Source: a plasmid
Strand: one strand, 5' to 3'
Length of the DNA: 64,000 nt
Sequence record: NZ_CP028351.1
Positions 42,613 to 54,553 of this stretch are shown here, piece after piece; position 1 is the stretch's first letter, and each line of letters begins with the position of its first letter. The position numbers and the translations under genes are program-made. The notes beneath the pieces were generated by a model. That model did no database searches. It was not told where the DNA came from and saw only the letters and a program-made list of their open reading frames with translations.

Positions 42613-42858
42613 TCACCACAGCGCCAGCTCAATCAATTCATCCTGAATGCTGTAAACGCACTGCTTCAGGTTCAGAACCTCTTCTGCGCCGATCCACTTT
42701 GCCTCAACCGCATGATTAATTTTTTCCAGTGCGATTCTGGTGCTGCTTTTCAGACCATTGTGCCAGTTGGCATCCGCACGGTTTGACGCCTGTTTTTCCA
42801 GAATCCCGACGAGTTCCGCGACATTTTTACCACTGGCTGACGTTTCAGTTGCAGACAT
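42613..42858 (-). CDS. Hypothetical small protein (81 aa), tail-to-tail with the GNAT-domain gene
   Basis: ORF only; charged helical sequence with no recognised motif. Confidence 0.3.
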   Translation of the reverse strand: MSATETSASGKNVAELVGILEKQASNRADANWHNGLKSSTRIALEKINHAVEAKWIGAEEVLNLKQCVYSIQDELIELALW

Positions 42859-43086
42859 ATCTGCCTATTTTTGCTGCTAAAAATGATGAAACCGGCGGCA
42901 CGTATTATACCGATTATCCGACAGGCATGACGGCTTACTGTGCGCATAACCCGGCATGCATCGCAGAAGCTTTATAGCCTTGCAGAGATGACCTGCAGGG
43001 CGCGGCTTCGCTCGCAAAATTCCGCCAGCTGTTCTTAACTCAAAATCAGTGATTTTGTGCCACTGAGAGAACTATCGGAGGACGTT

Positions 43087-43620
43087 TTGACGACAACATC
43101 TCTGACTACCGCCAGTGACAATACCCTCACGCTACGGCGCTGGATTACTGTGGGCCTGCCCGCTACCGAGCTTTTTAACCTGTGGCTTGAGCCCGATACC
43201 CTGCCCCGCATTATGAGCCACTTTGCCAGCGTGACGCCGGTCAATAAAAGCGATGCACACTGGCAGATTGAGGGCCCACTGGGTAAGCACTACCGCTGGG
43301 ATACCCGCATTGTCGAAGCGCAGCCAGGCGAAGTGATTGCCTGGCGCTCGCTTGAGGATGCAGACATTCCTAACGAAGGTGAACTGCGCCTTCGCCCGGC
43401 GCCGGGGGAATGGGGCACCGAGCTGGCTCTGACTCTGCAGTTCACGCCGCCGGGTGGCGCACTGGGAAAAAAGGTAACGACGTTATTTGATCTGCTGCCA
43501 AAAGAGGTGGCCAGCAAAGCGTTACATCGCTTTAAAAGCCTGGCTGAAACCGGTGAAATTCCTACCCTGAACGGGCAGCCTGCGGGTCGTCATGCCGGAC
43601 GTCAGGATAAGGAGAAATAA
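43087..43620 (+). CDS. SRPBCC (polyketide cyclase/dehydrase-like) family protein
   Basis: START/Bet v1-like sequence (..WQIEGPLGKHYRWDTRIVEAQPGEVIAW..). TTG start preceded by a perfect GGAGGA RBS; its stop abuts the ADH ATG (TAAATG). Confidence 0.6.
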   Translation: MTTTSLTTASDNTLTLRRWITVGLPATELFNLWLEPDTLPRIMSHFASVTPVNKSDAHWQIEGPLGKHYRWDTRIVEAQPGEVIAWRSLEDADIPNEGELRLRPAPGEWGTELALTLQFTPPGGALGKKVTTLFDLLPKEVASKALHRFKSLAETGEIPTLNGQPAGRHAGRQDKEK

Positions 43621-44787
43621 ATGCGCGCACTCTGCTGGAATGGCGTCAACGATTTAAGTGTTGAAACCGTAGCCGACCCCGGTCTGCTCAATCCTCATGA
43701 TGCCATTATTCGCGTCAGGCTCACCACCACCTGCGGCTCCGATCTGCACGTCATTGACGGCCTGATCCCGAGTATGCGTGAAGGCGATATTCTGGGTCAT
43801 GAATTCATGGGTGAGGTAGTTGAAGTTGGCCGTGCGATAAAAAATATCCGGCGTGGCGATCGGGTCGTAGTGCCCTCTTTCATCTCCTGTGGTTCCTGCT
43901 GGTATTGCCAGCATCAGTTGCCCTCCTGCTGTGACAATACGCATCCGCAGTGGGAGAAAGGTGAAACAGTGCTCGGTCATGCCACGGGCGGCATTTACGC
44001 TTACAGCCACGCGTTTGGCGGTTATGCAGGCTCACACGCAGAGTATGTTCGTGTGCCCTTTGCCGACAATGATTGCTTCGTCGTGCCCGAAGGCGTAATC
44101 GATGAGCAGGCGCTGTTCCTCTCCGATGCGACGCCGACCGGTTATATGGGTGCCGACTTCTGTAATATTCATCCCGGTGACACCGTGGTGGTCTGGGGCT
44201 GTGGCGGTGTCGGACTGATGGCACAGCAAAGCGCCTGGCTGATGGGCGCGCATCAGGTCATCGGTATCGATCGCTATCCTGAACGGCTGGCCATGGCACG
44301 CGACTTCGCAGGCAGCATAACGCTGGATTACACCGAGGTGGACGTCAACGAAGCGCTGCTGGAGTTAACCGGCGGGCGCGGCCCGGACAGCTGTATTGAT
44401 GCTGTCGGCATGGAAGCCCGCGGTGAAGGATTAAGTCAGGTCTATGACAAGACCAAACAGATGCTGCATCTGGAAACGGATGTCGGTGCAGCCTTGCGCC
44501 AGGCGTTATATGCCTGCCGTAAAGGCGGCAACATCGCGATTCTGGGGGTATATGGCGTGATGGATAAGTTCCCGCTGGGGCTGATGATTAATAAAAGCCT
44601 GACCATCCGTACCGCCCAGCAGCACGGGCAACGCTACATGCATCGTCTGCTGGAGCATGTTGCCAGAAATGAGCTGAACCCGGCTTTTATGGCGACACAT
44701 CGTTTTCCACTGGAAGAGGCCCCGCGAGGCTATGAGATGTTTAAACACAAAGAAGATGGCTGCGTTCGCGCCGTGTTCGTGCCCTGA
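43621..44787 (+). CDS. Zn-dependent alcohol dehydrogenase (glutathione-independent formaldehyde-dehydrogenase-like)
   Basis: Catalytic and structural Zn ligands (C38..H60.., the CGSCWYC structural-zinc cluster) and GxGxxG (GCGGVG) present. Confidence 0.85.
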   Translation: MRALCWNGVNDLSVETVADPGLLNPHDAIIRVRLTTTCGSDLHVIDGLIPSMREGDILGHEFMGEVVEVGRAIKNIRRGDRVVVPSFISCGSCWYCQHQLPSCCDNTHPQWEKGETVLGHATGGIYAYSHAFGGYAGSHAEYVRVPFADNDCFVVPEGVIDEQALFLSDATPTGYMGADFCNIHPGDTVVVWGCGGVGLMAQQSAWLMGAHQVIGIDRYPERLAMARDFAGSITLDYTEVDVNEALLELTGGRGPDSCIDAVGMEARGEGLSQVYDKTKQMLHLETDVGAALRQALYACRKGGNIAILGVYGVMDKFPLGLMINKSLTIRTAQQHGQRYMHRLLEHVARNELNPAFMATHRFPLEEAPRGYEMFKHKEDGCVRAVFVP

Positions 44788-45107
44788 AAACACATAAACC
44801 GATTCGGGCGGCGCTGCCGCCCGGCGGGACCTTTCCTGAATTCTGGCAAAAATCCCACTTATTCCCGGACGCTGAAACACTGATGATAAGCGCCTGTCAC
44901 CGTAAAGCTGAACCTGAATTAACCCGCCATAATTCCATGTTGATATGAATTTTTATGAACGTAAAGTGAAAAAAACACATCAGAATCAGATCCCTGTAAA
45001 CGCTAAGCAGACACCTCTGCCTGTTCACATTTTGAAAACAAAATAATCACAATAAGTTATTTTTTCATGTGTAAATTAGTGCCAATTTTCATTTATGGAG
45101 CAGGCCA

Positions 45108-45653
45108 ATGACGCAATATGTGGCAGTTTTTCTCTCTTCACTGTTCATGTGCAGCAACGTTTTCGCAGGTTCGGTTTCTTCCGTATCACTCGACGCGCTT
45201 TCCACCGCATTAAATGAACGCATGCAGGTCATGAAGGCTGTGGCGGGTTATAAAGCGCAGCATCATTTACCCGTTGAGGATCTGCCTCGTGAGCAGGTTG
45301 TTCTGGAAAAGATGCTGCATAACGCGCAGCAGGCAGGACTTGAACCTCAATCGGTGGAGCCTTTTGTCCATGCTCTGATGAACGTCAGCAAAGCGATTCA
45401 GTATCGCTATCGGGCTGACTGGCTTTCAGCACCGGAAAGTGACGTACCCGTCACCGATCTGGCCGGGACCCGGCAGCAGATTGAACAGCTGGATACCCAG
45501 CTCCTGGCTGCGATCAGCCAGCGCCTGATGACCGGCAGCTTCTCGCAGGAGGACAAAGCGTTTCTGATGTCACAGCTCACGGCACCCCACCTCAGCGAAA
45601 GTGATAAAAACAACCTTTTCGCTTCTCTCGCCCGCATTCAGCGCTCGCATTAA
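45108..45653 (+). CDS. aroQ: Secreted (periplasmic) chorismate mutase, AroQ class
   Basis: Cleavable signal peptide (MTQYVAVFLSSLFMCSNVFAG) followed by an AroQ helical domain, matching the periplasmic *AroQ known from Erwinia/Pantoea and Salmonella. Confidence 0.75.
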   Translation: MTQYVAVFLSSLFMCSNVFAGSVSSVSLDALSTALNERMQVMKAVAGYKAQHHLPVEDLPREQVVLEKMLHNAQQAGLEPQSVEPFVHALMNVSKAIQYRYRADWLSAPESDVPVTDLAGTRQQIEQLDTQLLAAISQRLMTGSFSQEDKAFLMSQLTAPHLSESDKNNLFASLARIQRSH

Positions 45654-45675
45654 TCCTTAAGCCGTGGAGTGAGCT

Positions 45676-46866
45676 ATGCAGCTTCATGAACTGATGAACC
45701 CCGAATACACTGACAATCCGTTTCCCCTTTATCGGAAACTGCATCGGCAGGGCCCGCTTATTCCTGCCGGGGATAAGATCATCATCAGCGGGAGTCACGC
45801 GGTGGTGGAGACACTGCTGAACGATCGGCGGGTCGGCAAGAATTATATGGAAAGTGTCAGGCTAAGATTTGGAGATGCCGCAGCCGACATGCCGCTGTTT
45901 CAGGGCATCAGCAGAATGTTTCTGGTGCTGAATCCGCCGGATCATAACCGATTAAGAGGACTGGTTATGAAGGCATTCAGCGCCCGGGAAATTAAACCAC
46001 TCCGGGAGATGGCGCTGAGTGTCGCTCATGACCTGGTTGATGCGCTGGCAGGTCATCGCGACTGCGATCTGGCCCAGGCATTCGCCTTTCCGTTACCGGT
46101 ACGCATTATCTGCGGGATGCTGGATCTTGCTGAGTCTGACGCGCCTGAACTGGGTCGGCTCACATCTGTACTGGTCAAAGTGTTCGACCCGCAAATCAGC
46201 CAGTCGGATCTACTGGAAGCCGCCGATGCGTTTGCCGTACTGGAGCGTTACTTCAGCGCAATGATCGTCGCCCGGCGTGACAGCACGGCCAGCGATCTGG
46301 TGTCCCTTTTTCTGCGCAGCAGCAGCGATGGCGACCGGCTAAGTCACGATGAGATCATCGCCAATGTGATACTGCTGTTTATTGCCGGCCATGAGACCAC
46401 CTCAAATATGCTCTGCAATACTCTCCTGGCTCTGCATGACCATCCGCAGGAACTGGCTTGCCTGAAACAGAATCATGCACTGATACCTGATGCCATAGCG
46501 GAGTGTCTGCGTTACGACAGTTCGGTCCAGATGCTGTACCGCACGACGCTGAAAGAAATTGAGGTGGCAGGCCAGCTCATTCCGCCAGGAACACGCTTTT
46601 TTCTGAGTCTGGGCGCAGCCAATCACGACCCGCTTGTCTTTACCTCGCCGGAGCGGGTCAATATCCGGCGACATGAGGGACGCAGCCTGGCATTTGGTGG
46701 CGGGATACATCACTGTATGGGCTACCGGCTGGCACTGGCGGAAATGGAGGTGGCGCTAGAGGTATTGCTGACCCGACTGCCAGCAATGCGACCGGTAACC
46801 GCCGGGGTTCGCCGCAATCACAGAGCCAACCTGCGTGGTGTCAGCGCCCTGCCGGTCAAGTGGTGA
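45676..46866 (+). CDS. Cytochrome P450 monooxygenase (class I bacterial type)
   Basis: Heme-thiolate loop FGGGIHHCMGYRLA, an EXXR motif (ECLRYD) and I-helix AGHETT. It begins 22 nt after the chorismate mutase stop. Confidence 0.85.
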   Translation: MQLHELMNPEYTDNPFPLYRKLHRQGPLIPAGDKIIISGSHAVVETLLNDRRVGKNYMESVRLRFGDAAADMPLFQGISRMFLVLNPPDHNRLRGLVMKAFSAREIKPLREMALSVAHDLVDALAGHRDCDLAQAFAFPLPVRIICGMLDLAESDAPELGRLTSVLVKVFDPQISQSDLLEAADAFAVLERYFSAMIVARRDSTASDLVSLFLRSSSDGDRLSHDEIIANVILLFIAGHETTSNMLCNTLLALHDHPQELACLKQNHALIPDAIAECLRYDSSVQMLYRTTLKEIEVAGQLIPPGTRFFLSLGAANHDPLVFTSPERVNIRRHEGRSLAFGGGIHHCMGYRLALAEMEVALEVLLTRLPAMRPVTAGVRRNHRANLRGVSALPVKW

Positions 46867-46894
46867 AACCGCCGGGGCCAGAAGCGCCCGGCGA

Positions 46895-47899
46895 TTAGCC
46901 GCGCAGGCGCAACGTGGCGGGCAGCACCAGCTGGCTGTCTGCTGGATCATTTCCGGCGATCATCGTGGTCAGCATAGAAAAACAGGCCTGCGCGAGCGCC
47001 GGAACATTCTGCTCTACGGTGTCGACAGGAATCGAGAGTGAATCATAGAGATAGTGGTCATCAAAACTGGCGATGCGGATATCGCCGGTCAGCAGGTGAT
47101 GCTCACTCATGTAGCGCAGTACCCCTTCCAGCAGGCCGCAGGCGGCAGTGAAAATTGCTTTAGGTGGACGCCCCAGCCGCTGACATAGTGCGGCAAACAT
47201 CTCGTAACCGCTGCCGGGATGGTAGTTCCCCTGGATTACCCACTCCGGCTGCAGCGTTACACCGGCCCGCGCCAGCCCCTCTCTGAATCCCGCCAGACGA
47301 TCCTGAGTCGGAGAAAGATCGGACTGTCCGCCCATAAAGTAGATCTCCTCCGGACAGGCGCGCGCCAGCTTTTCAACCAGCTCAGCGGTGGGCGTCACGG
47401 AGTCGGTGATGACCCAGGGCAGCGTCGTGTTGTTCATGTGGCGGTCAAACAGCAGCACCGGCAGCTGTTCGCTGAGGCTGACATAGTCGCTGTCAGTCAG
47501 CATACTGGAGGCAACAATCAGGCCGTCGACCTGACGCGCCACCAGATTGTTGACCACGACCCGTTCCTGACCGGCATTTTCGTCGGTACAGGCGATCAGC
47601 AACTGCAGACCCGCCGCACGGCAGAGATTTTCCAGCGCATGAGAGAAAGCTGCAAAACCGTGGTTGGTGATCTCCGGTACTACCAGCCCCAGCGTATGAC
47701 TGCGGGCGTCGTGCAACATCCGCGCATGGATACTGGGCTGATAATGGTGTTCGCGGGCCAGCCTCAGCACCCGCTCACGCGTCTCCTTCGCGACCCTTAA
47801 CTCTTCGCCACGGCCGTTGAGCACCAGGCTGGCAGTGGCTTTTGAAACCCCGGCCAGCCCGGCGATATCACTGATGGTAACGCGTTTTGTTTTTCTCAC
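46895..47899 (-). CDS. scrR: LacI-family sucrose operon repressor
   Basis: N-terminal [26 protein letters not shown] with a periplasmic-binding-protein-like core. GTG start; last gene of the scr cluster. Confidence 0.85.
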   Translation of the reverse strand: MRKTKRVTISDIAGLAGVSKATASLVLNGRGEELRVAKETRERVLRLAREHHYQPSIHARMLHDARSHTLGLVVPEITNHGFAAFSHALENLCRAAGLQLLIACTDENAGQERVVVNNLVARQVDGLIVASSMLTDSDYVSLSEQLPVLLFDRHMNNTTLPWVITDSVTPTAELVEKLARACPEEIYFMGGQSDLSPTQDRLAGFREGLARAGVTLQPEWVIQGNYHPGSGYEMFAALCQRLGRPPKAIFTAACGLLEGVLRYMSEHHLLTGDIRIASFDDHYLYDSLSIPVDTVEQNVPALAQACFSMLTTMIAGNDPADSQLVLPATLRLRG

Positions 47900-47928
47900 G
47901 GCAAGACATCGGTTAGGGAAACAAGGGC

Positions 47929-49338
47929 TTATTCTACCATGCAGCGACGTAACGACCAGTAGCGCGCCTGCAGTTCTGCGCGCCCGCGCAGAGTCAGCAG
48001 CGCCGGCTGGTCCGGAAAATAGCGGCTGCTCATCACCCCTTCCCCGTCGTTGATGAAGATCTCAACGCTGGAGTGGTCACACAGAATCTGTAACCGGCGG
48101 GCTGCTCCGGTCCAGTAACGATACGTCCATTCACCCGAGATCAGGCTGCGACGGGCAAGCCGCAGTTCGTTGTGCTGCCACGTCAGGATCAGGGTATCGG
48201 CGAAATTGAGTTCGATGTTGCCCTGGCTCTCAAGCTCAAGCTCCAGCCGCTGGGCGGCAATCGGCGGCGCATCATCGGCGCGGCCCTGATAGTGCTGCTC
48301 GTGCTTGCGCAACGCCTGCAGTTCCGCGATGGGCTGCTGACAGAGCCGCCCGTTACGTGAGCTCAGCTCGCGCAGACAGGTCATCTGGTGGATCCAGCCC
48401 TGCGCCACGGTTGGCTGGGCCATCTCTTCACCGTCTGGCGTCCCCATCCAGCCCACCAGCAGCCGCCGGCCATCCGCGGTCAGCGTGGTTTGCGGAGCAT
48501 AAAATTCAAAGCCGGCATCCATTTCGTTCAGCGGGCCGTGCTGGTATGCAGGCTGCTGATAATCCAGGTCGCCACTCAGCCAGGCACAGGCGTGACTGTT
48601 CAGAAAGCGCTTCTCTTCGGGCGCAACACCCTGCGGACAGCAGATCAGATAGGTGCTGTCTCCGAGCGTGAACATGTCCGGGCACTCCCACATATAACCC
48701 GCGGCATCCAGCCCGCCCAGTCCGCTGCCCGCAATCTCGCCGGGATTCTGCCACTCCCGCAGATTGTCAGAACGCAGCAGCAGCACCCTGCCCTGCCGCT
48801 GCGTATTCTGCGCCGCCAGCACCATGTACCAGCGATCGTCGTGACGCCACACTTTGGGATCGCGAACGTGGCCGGTATACCCCTCCGGCACGGCGATGAC
48901 CGGACCGAGCTTGTCAAAACCGCCCGCTCTGTTCTGCTGCGCCAGGCACTGCCACGCCGTGCGCGAGCCATCATCAAATTTTACGTTGCCGGTGTAGACC
49001 AGTGTCAGTACGCCGTTATCGTCGACCGCGCTGCCGGAGTAGCAGCCACTGCGGTCATACTCCTCATCCGGCATCAGCGCGATGGGCTGATGCTCCCAGT
49101 GCAGCAGATCGGCTGAGCGCCAGTGCCCCCAGCATTTATGCTGATGCGCACAGCCCAGCGCGTTCCACTGGTAGAAGAGATGATAGTGACCGTCGAAATG
49201 GATGAAGCCGTTGGGATCGTTAAGCAGTCCGGTAACCGGTGCCAGATGCCAGCCGGGATAGTGGCTGTCGCTGAGCGCCTTTGACATCCCCTGCATCACC
49301 GCCTGCAGAATGGCGGCAAGACGTGTTGATGAGGCCAT
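47929..49338 (-). CDS. scrB: Sucrose-6-phosphate hydrolase (GH32)
   Basis: GH32 motifs NDPNG, FYQWN and EC(P)D present. Its start overlaps the scrA stop (TAATG). Confidence 0.9.
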   Translation of the reverse strand: MASSTRLAAILQAVMQGMSKALSDSHYPGWHLAPVTGLLNDPNGFIHFDGHYHLFYQWNALGCAHQHKCWGHWRSADLLHWEHQPIALMPDEEYDRSGCYSGSAVDDNGVLTLVYTGNVKFDDGSRTAWQCLAQQNRAGGFDKLGPVIAVPEGYTGHVRDPKVWRHDDRWYMVLAAQNTQRQGRVLLLRSDNLREWQNPGEIAGSGLGGLDAAGYMWECPDMFTLGDSTYLICCPQGVAPEEKRFLNSHACAWLSGDLDYQQPAYQHGPLNEMDAGFEFYAPQTTLTADGRRLLVGWMGTPDGEEMAQPTVAQGWIHQMTCLRELSSRNGRLCQQPIAELQALRKHEQHYQGRADDAPPIAAQRLELELESQGNIELNFADTLILTWQHNELRLARRSLISGEWTYRYWTGAARRLQILCDHSSVEIFINDGEGVMSSRYFPDQPALLTLRGRAELQARYWSLRRCMVE

Positions 49339-50708
49339 TATTCAGAGTCCGTTTTGTATTTGAGCAGATAAGAGATCACAAACGCGGTGGTGAACGCGAT
49401 GGCGACGCCGATGACATAATTGAGCAGAGAACCCGCCTTAACAATCGCCATGCCCGGCAGACCGGTCAGCCCGACCGCCGTCATATAGACATGGACCGAT
49501 ACCACCCAGGCACCGCCCAGCGCGCCGCCCACCAGACCCGCGATAAAGGGTTTCATAAACCGCAGGTTGATACCAAAGATAGCCGCCTCGGTGATCCCCA
49601 GCAGTGCTGAAAACGCCGAGGGCAGCGAAATTGCTTTGATCTTCGCATCGCGGGTTTTAAACCACACCGCCAGACAGGCCCCGCCCTGAGCAACGTTCGC
49701 CATCGCCCAGATAGGCAGCAGAAAGTTAACCCCGATAGACGGGTTACCCAGCAGTCCCGCCTCAATCGCATGGAAGCTGTGATGCACGCCGGTAATAACA
49801 ATCACCGAGTAGAGCCCGCCAAATACCAGTCCCGCCAGCCAGCCAGCGTGAGCAATCAGGGTGCTGAGCACAAAAGAGATCCCATCGCCCAGCATACGGC
49901 CCGCCGGACCGATAATCAGCAGCGCAATGAAGCCTGAGATAATCACCGTCAGGAACGGGGTCAGAATAAGATCGAGCGCATCCGGGATCACCCGACGCAG
50001 CTGCTTTTCCAGCATGCTCATAAACCATACCGCCAGCAGCACCGGGAATACCGTACCCTGATAGCCAATCATCGCCACTTCAATGCCGAAGAAGTTCATG
50101 GTGTGGAAACCGGCGGCGACGCCCCAGGCGTTGGTCAGCGCCGGGTGCGTCAGAATGCCGCCCAGCGTCGCGCCCAGAAATGGGTTGCCGCCAAACTCGC
50201 GTGCTGCCGTAAAACCAATCAGGATCGGCAGGATAATAAAGGCCGCTGAGCTGCACATATCCAGCATGATGTAGAGCGCATTTTCCGGATTGACCCAGCC
50301 GTAGGTTTTAACCATCCCCAGCAGGCCCATCAACAGACCCGACGCCACAATAGCCGGAATGATCGGCACAAAAATGTTCGACAGCAGACGAGCGATACGC
50401 TGGAAAGGATTGAGCTTGCGGGCGGCAATATCAGCAGCCTCAGACTTGCTCGATTCGCTAATGCCAGCTTCGGCGATAAAGGCAGCGTAGACCTTATTTA
50501 CCACACCGGTACCGAAGATAACCTGAAGCTGTCCGGCGTTGCGGAAGCAGCCTTTAACGCCCTCAATCCGGCCAATCGCGGTGGTGTCCGCTTTTTCATC
50601 ATCTGCCAGCACCAGCCGTAGCCGCGTCGCACAGTGAGCCGCACTGGCAATGTTCTCTTTGCCACCCAGCAGGGGCAGCAGGGCCCGCGATATTTTTACA
50701 TAGTCCAT
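49338..50708 (-). CDS. scrA: PTS sucrose-specific EIIBC component
   Basis: EIIB cysteine motif (AAHCATRLRL) followed by a polytopic EIIC domain. Confidence 0.9.
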   Translation of the reverse strand: MDYVKISRALLPLLGGKENIASAAHCATRLRLVLADDEKADTTAIGRIEGVKGCFRNAGQLQVIFGTGVVNKVYAAFIAEAGISESSKSEAADIAARKLNPFQRIARLLSNIFVPIIPAIVASGLLMGLLGMVKTYGWVNPENALYIMLDMCSSAAFIILPILIGFTAAREFGGNPFLGATLGGILTHPALTNAWGVAAGFHTMNFFGIEVAMIGYQGTVFPVLLAVWFMSMLEKQLRRVIPDALDLILTPFLTVIISGFIALLIIGPAGRMLGDGISFVLSTLIAHAGWLAGLVFGGLYSVIVITGVHHSFHAIEAGLLGNPSIGVNFLLPIWAMANVAQGGACLAVWFKTRDAKIKAISLPSAFSALLGITEAAIFGINLRFMKPFIAGLVGGALGGAWVVSVHVYMTAVGLTGLPGMAIVKAGSLLNYVIGVAIAFTTAFVISYLLKYKTDSE

Positions 50709-50775
50709 ACATACCTCACTCTTGTTATGTTTTTATCCGCGTGACGTTCAGGCCCCGGCAGCCGGGGCCGCCCGA

Positions 50776-52356
<1,581 letters not shown>

Positions 52357-52429
52357 CTAAACCGGTTTAGGTGCAAATCATAGCCATGGGTAATTTCCCT
52401 CTGCAATGAAAATAGCTAAACCGGTTTAG
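52357..52429. promoter_or_regulatory. Two copies of the perfect 14-bp palindrome CTAAACCGGTTTAG (52357..52370 and 52416..52429) upstream of scrY; candidate ScrR operators
   Basis: Exact inverted repeats in the scrK-scrY intergenic region; LacI-type operator geometry. Confidence 0.5.
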
Positions 52430-52471
52430 TGATTGTGAGATAGCTCCCAAAACAGGGGCATTACAGGATGA

Positions 52472-53398
52472 TTAGCCGGCCAGATCGTCCAGCTGGTGGC
52501 GCCAGGGAAGTGCTGTCATGGCTCCTTTCGCCGTGGTTGCAAGTGCGCCACAGCGCTGCGCAGTCACCAGATAGCTGGCAAGTTGTGATTCGTTTACAGG
52601 CAGACCCGACTTCGCCAGCTCCCAGAGTAATCCGGCTACAAAGGCATCACCTGCACCGGTAGTATCGACGCTGTCAACGGGCGTGGTGGCATGGTGGGTT
52701 ATCTGGCCCTGATAACAGGCCATCACCCCTTCCCTGCCCCGCGTCACCAGTAACAGGCGAATGCTGAATTTGGCGGCCAGTTGAGGCATGCTGACAGCTG
52801 CTTCCTGACCCGGACTAAGAAAATCGAGCTCTTCGTCAGAGAGTTTCACCACGTCCGTATGACTGAGGGCTTCGTTCACCACCGCATGGAGGAGTACCGT
52901 GTCGGGCCAGAGATCTTCCCGCAGATTTAAATCGAAGCTGACATGGCCGCCTGCCGCGCGGATTTGTTTCATGGCGGTCAGCGTCGCCGTACGAGAGGGT
53001 TCCGCCGCTAAGGCAATGGAACAGCAGTGCAGCCATTCCCTGCGATGAAACTCGGGCAGATCTGACGGTTCAAGAAACAGGTCGGCACTGGGCCGAACCA
53101 TAAAGGTAAAGGAGCGCTCGCCCTGCTCATCCAGCCCGACCACCACGGTTGATGTGCGATGCTGTGAATCGGCAATCATGCAGGCCGTATCAACATTTTC
53201 TTCACTGAGCGTCTGCCGCATAAACTCACCAAACGGATCGGCACCCACCCGTCCGATAAAACCGCTGTTTCCCTGCAGGCGGGCAATGCCAACGGCGACA
53301 TTAGCGGGTGCTCCGCCCGGACACTGCATCAGGCTACCCGGCATTTCGGGTAGCAAATCGACCACGGCATCCCCGAGGCACCATACGCGAACAGACAT
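52472..53398 (-). CDS. scrK: Fructokinase (PfkB family)
   Basis: PfkB N-terminal GG motif (CLGDAVVDL..GGAPANVA) and C-terminal DTTGAGDAF. Confidence 0.85.
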   Translation of the reverse strand: MSVRVWCLGDAVVDLLPEMPGSLMQCPGGAPANVAVGIARLQGNSGFIGRVGADPFGEFMRQTLSEENVDTACMIADSQHRTSTVVVGLDEQGERSFTFMVRPSADLFLEPSDLPEFHRREWLHCCSIALAAEPSRTATLTAMKQIRAAGGHVSFDLNLREDLWPDTVLLHAVVNEALSHTDVVKLSDEELDFLSPGQEAAVSMPQLAAKFSIRLLLVTRGREGVMACYQGQITHHATTPVDSVDTTGAGDAFVAGLLWELAKSGLPVNESQLASYLVTAQRCGALATTAKGAMTALPWRHQLDDLAG

Positions 53399-53425
53399 AA
53401 AAAACTCCTCTGATTAAACCTGAAA

Positions 53426-53441
53426 GCTAAACCGTTTTAGC
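53426..53441. promoter_or_regulatory. Near-palindrome GCTAAACCGTTTTAGC upstream of scrK (third candidate ScrR operator)
   Basis: One-base variant of the scrY palindromes, located 28 bp upstream of scrK. Confidence 0.45.
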
Positions 53442-53530
53442 TATAACGCTAAATGGCGTCAGGTTCAAGCGTTAACATGTTTAAGTGATATGTGATTAGC
53501 AGAGGAGTTTTATGATTAGAGAGCAGGAAT

Positions 53531-53556
53531 AAAAAAACCGGCGCAGCGGCCGGTTC
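53531..53556 (-). terminator. Rho-independent terminator after parB
   Basis: CCGGC-gcagc-GCCGG stem with an adjacent A-run (T-run on the minus strand). Confidence 0.5.
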
Positions 53557-53581
53557 CATTGTCAGTAATGTGTGATGAAGA

Positions 53582-54553
53582 TTATTTAAGCGTAGAGAGT
53601 ATCTGTCTGATCGACGCATCAATCTGTTCAGCAATCTCTTTCGGCAGACGACTGAATTCATACTGCACGGTGCGCTTCTCATCATTGGTTTTACGACGCG
53701 CATAGGTATTGGCCGTAGTAAACGTTGCCAGCTTTTCCGTCACCGTTTTACTGACCGGTGCAGGTTTTTTTAACTGACGACGCGCGCTTTTGAAGCCATT
53801 CAGGATTGCGCTCTTCTTCTCGTCTGCATTAGCGTTTTGCAGTGCATCATCTGCCTCCAGCTTTTGCTGAATTTCGCTGACCAGTCCGGCGACATCAATC
53901 GCTTCCGCTTTCGCCTCCTCCCAGACATCAAGCAGCAACTGATAATCCTGAAGGGTCAGCTCAGAAACGACCGGGAAGAGTTCGATAAACTCAGCGGGTA
54001 CGGATGCGGCCTGAAATGCACGGGAGACCTTAGCATTTGAGATACCTTCCGCTTTAGCAATGTCTGATTTGCTCATGCCACTTTCATTCATCAGCATAAA
54101 GCGCAGCCCTAATTCACGCAGGTTATGCTCTTTCGCCGTCTGAATATCAGCAGCGAGCTGACGCGCATCGCTAAGGCTCAGTTCATCCGCGGTGACCAGC
54201 ACTTCCAGACTGGCCCCGGAAAGAATACAGGCAGCGCGACGGCGCGAGCCATCCATGATCTCAATTCGGTCACCGTTCACGCGACCTATGGCCGGGAAAA
54301 ATTGCTGCAGTGTAATCGTACGCGTGATTTCCTGCAGCGATTCAGGCGTCAGCGTGCTCTGATCACGTCCATTGATTTTCGGGTCAACGCTGGTTCGGGT
54401 TTCAATATCGTCATGCAGGATCAGCTGGCGTACAAAGGTCGCCTTCGCACCTGACTTCAGCGTAAAAGTGCGCGACTGGCTGCTGCTGTCGATCATGTTC
54501 GCAATAGCAGAATCGCCGAACTTGCGGCCAATGCGCTGTATCGGTTTGCTCAC
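53582..54553 (-). CDS. parB: ParB/SopB-family partition protein (centromere-binding)
   Basis: IEIMDGSRRRAA ParB box and an HTH region; overlaps parA by ATGA. Confidence 0.85.
   Translation of the reverse strand: MSKPIQRIGRKFGDSAIANMIDSSSQSRTFTLKSGAKATFVRQLILHDDIETRTSVDPKINGRDQSTLTPESLQEITRTITLQQFFPAIGRVNGDRIEIMDGSRRRAACILSGASLEVLVTADELSLSDARQLAADIQTAKEHNLRELGLRFMLMNESGMSKSDIAKAEGISNAKVSRAFQAASVPAEFIELFPVVSELTLQDYQLLLDVWEEAKAEAIDVAGLVSEIQQKLEADDALQNANADEKKSAILNGFKSARRQLKKPAPVSKTVTEKLATFTTANTYARRKTNDEKRTVQYEFSRLPKEIAEQIDASIRQILSTLK

Noticed and set aside
41700-42858. GNAT toxin / RHH antitoxin (AtaT-AtaR-type) pair
   Set aside because: The GNAT-domain protein is 303 aa, against about 170 aa for such toxins. 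The small ORF is convergent and downstream rather than upstream on the same strand, so the geometry does not fit a TA pair.
48388-49116. 242-aa plus-strand ORF
   Set aside because: Antisense within scrB; no motifs; GC-skew artefact.
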